The notes under the pieces are model-generated. The model saw only the letters and a program-made list of their open reading frames with translations. It was not told the DNA's origin and ran no database searches. Of a stretch of 64,000 nucleotides of DNA, positions 63,207-64,000 are shown piece after piece. The number at the start of each line of letters is the position of its first letter. Position 1 is the first letter of the stretch. Origin of the DNA: Podarcis melisellensis (lineage: Eukaryota). The DNA lies in assembly GCA_964234715.1 (NCBI GenBank), contig OZ174282.1, one strand, 5' to 3'. The translations under genes and the position numbers were made by a program.

Positions 63207-64000
63207 CATTAGAGTATCATCCCTCAGCCTTTTCAGGCTGGGACTCATTAATCCCAACCTAAAAACAAATCAAAACTAGATTCCATATTTAACATACATG
63301 TTCCTCTCTTTCTTCTCTTGGGGTTTTTCTAGTATTTACGCTTCGGACATACTGGTTTAACTGTTGGCCCTTCCCCCAAAGGATCTGGGAGTTGTACCGG
63401 TATTTATTTATTTCATTTTGTTTCATAAAATGTATGTGCTGCTTCATTGGAAACTGCTTTGAGCTTCTTTAATTTTTTTACCAAGAGTACAAAACAATAA
63501 CACTGTCAGTAAAAACAGTTAAAAGCAACAATTTAAAGAATTAACAAAATAAAACCAGCAATAAACTAAAAACACATTAAAGCAGACATTGACATTCCAC
63601 GTATCTGATTAGACTCGTCTAAACAAAAATGCTCTTAGCAGGGTCCAAAAAGAGAACAGTGAAGGTGCTTGCCTGACGGCAATAGGGGTTACATGTGCAG
63701 GATGGTAGTTAGAGGCCTGTCAAAATTCTTGAACACAAGTTACAGTTAGTTTCCAGAATTACAGGTGTGGGAGAGAAGGGAGCTATGACTGTAAAGATCT
63801 AGTATTTTAAAAATTGTTATGCAGACATATTCTCACCCCGCCCGTCCCCCAGTTGCCGCCACCACATTCTTCTTCTACAACTTTTTTAAAAAGCTACTAG
63901 TGTGGAAAAGTTAGTTTATCTGCAAAAGCCTTCCCACTTTCTGTTGGTATATCTAACGGATTTTGAGTATGACAACTTTATCAGATGGGCTGATCCTACG

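Overview
Eukaryotic genomic DNA, most likely from a squamate reptile (probably a lacertid lizard). This is inferred from Sauria SINEs, Squam3-like and tRNA/CR1-tailed SINEs, and BovB, RTE, CR1 and L2 fragments. The only gene I can support is the 3' half of SLC9A1 (Na+/H+ exchanger NHE1) on the minus strand. It has six coding exons (62360-62430, 61802-61975, 60809-60923, 59098-59199, 58707-58779, 55761-56089), all with GT-AG boundaries and consistent phases, and a ~3.6 kb 3' UTR ending near an AATAAA at 52174-52179. Bases 1 to ~52,100 look intergenic: a dense, often nested set of retroposons and non-autonomous DNA transposons (many with readable target-site duplications, TSDs), microsatellites, a 131-N gap and a few repeat-free enhancer-like blocks. 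Most listed ORFs are spurious. I found no convincing novel multi-gene system. The best leads are a candidate 45-nt in-frame cassette exon in the last SLC9A1 intron, a head-to-head SINE/LINE-tail chimera under a single TSD, and a ~105 bp duplication around a truncated Sauria SINE. Repeat family names come from recalled consensus patterns, not database searches.
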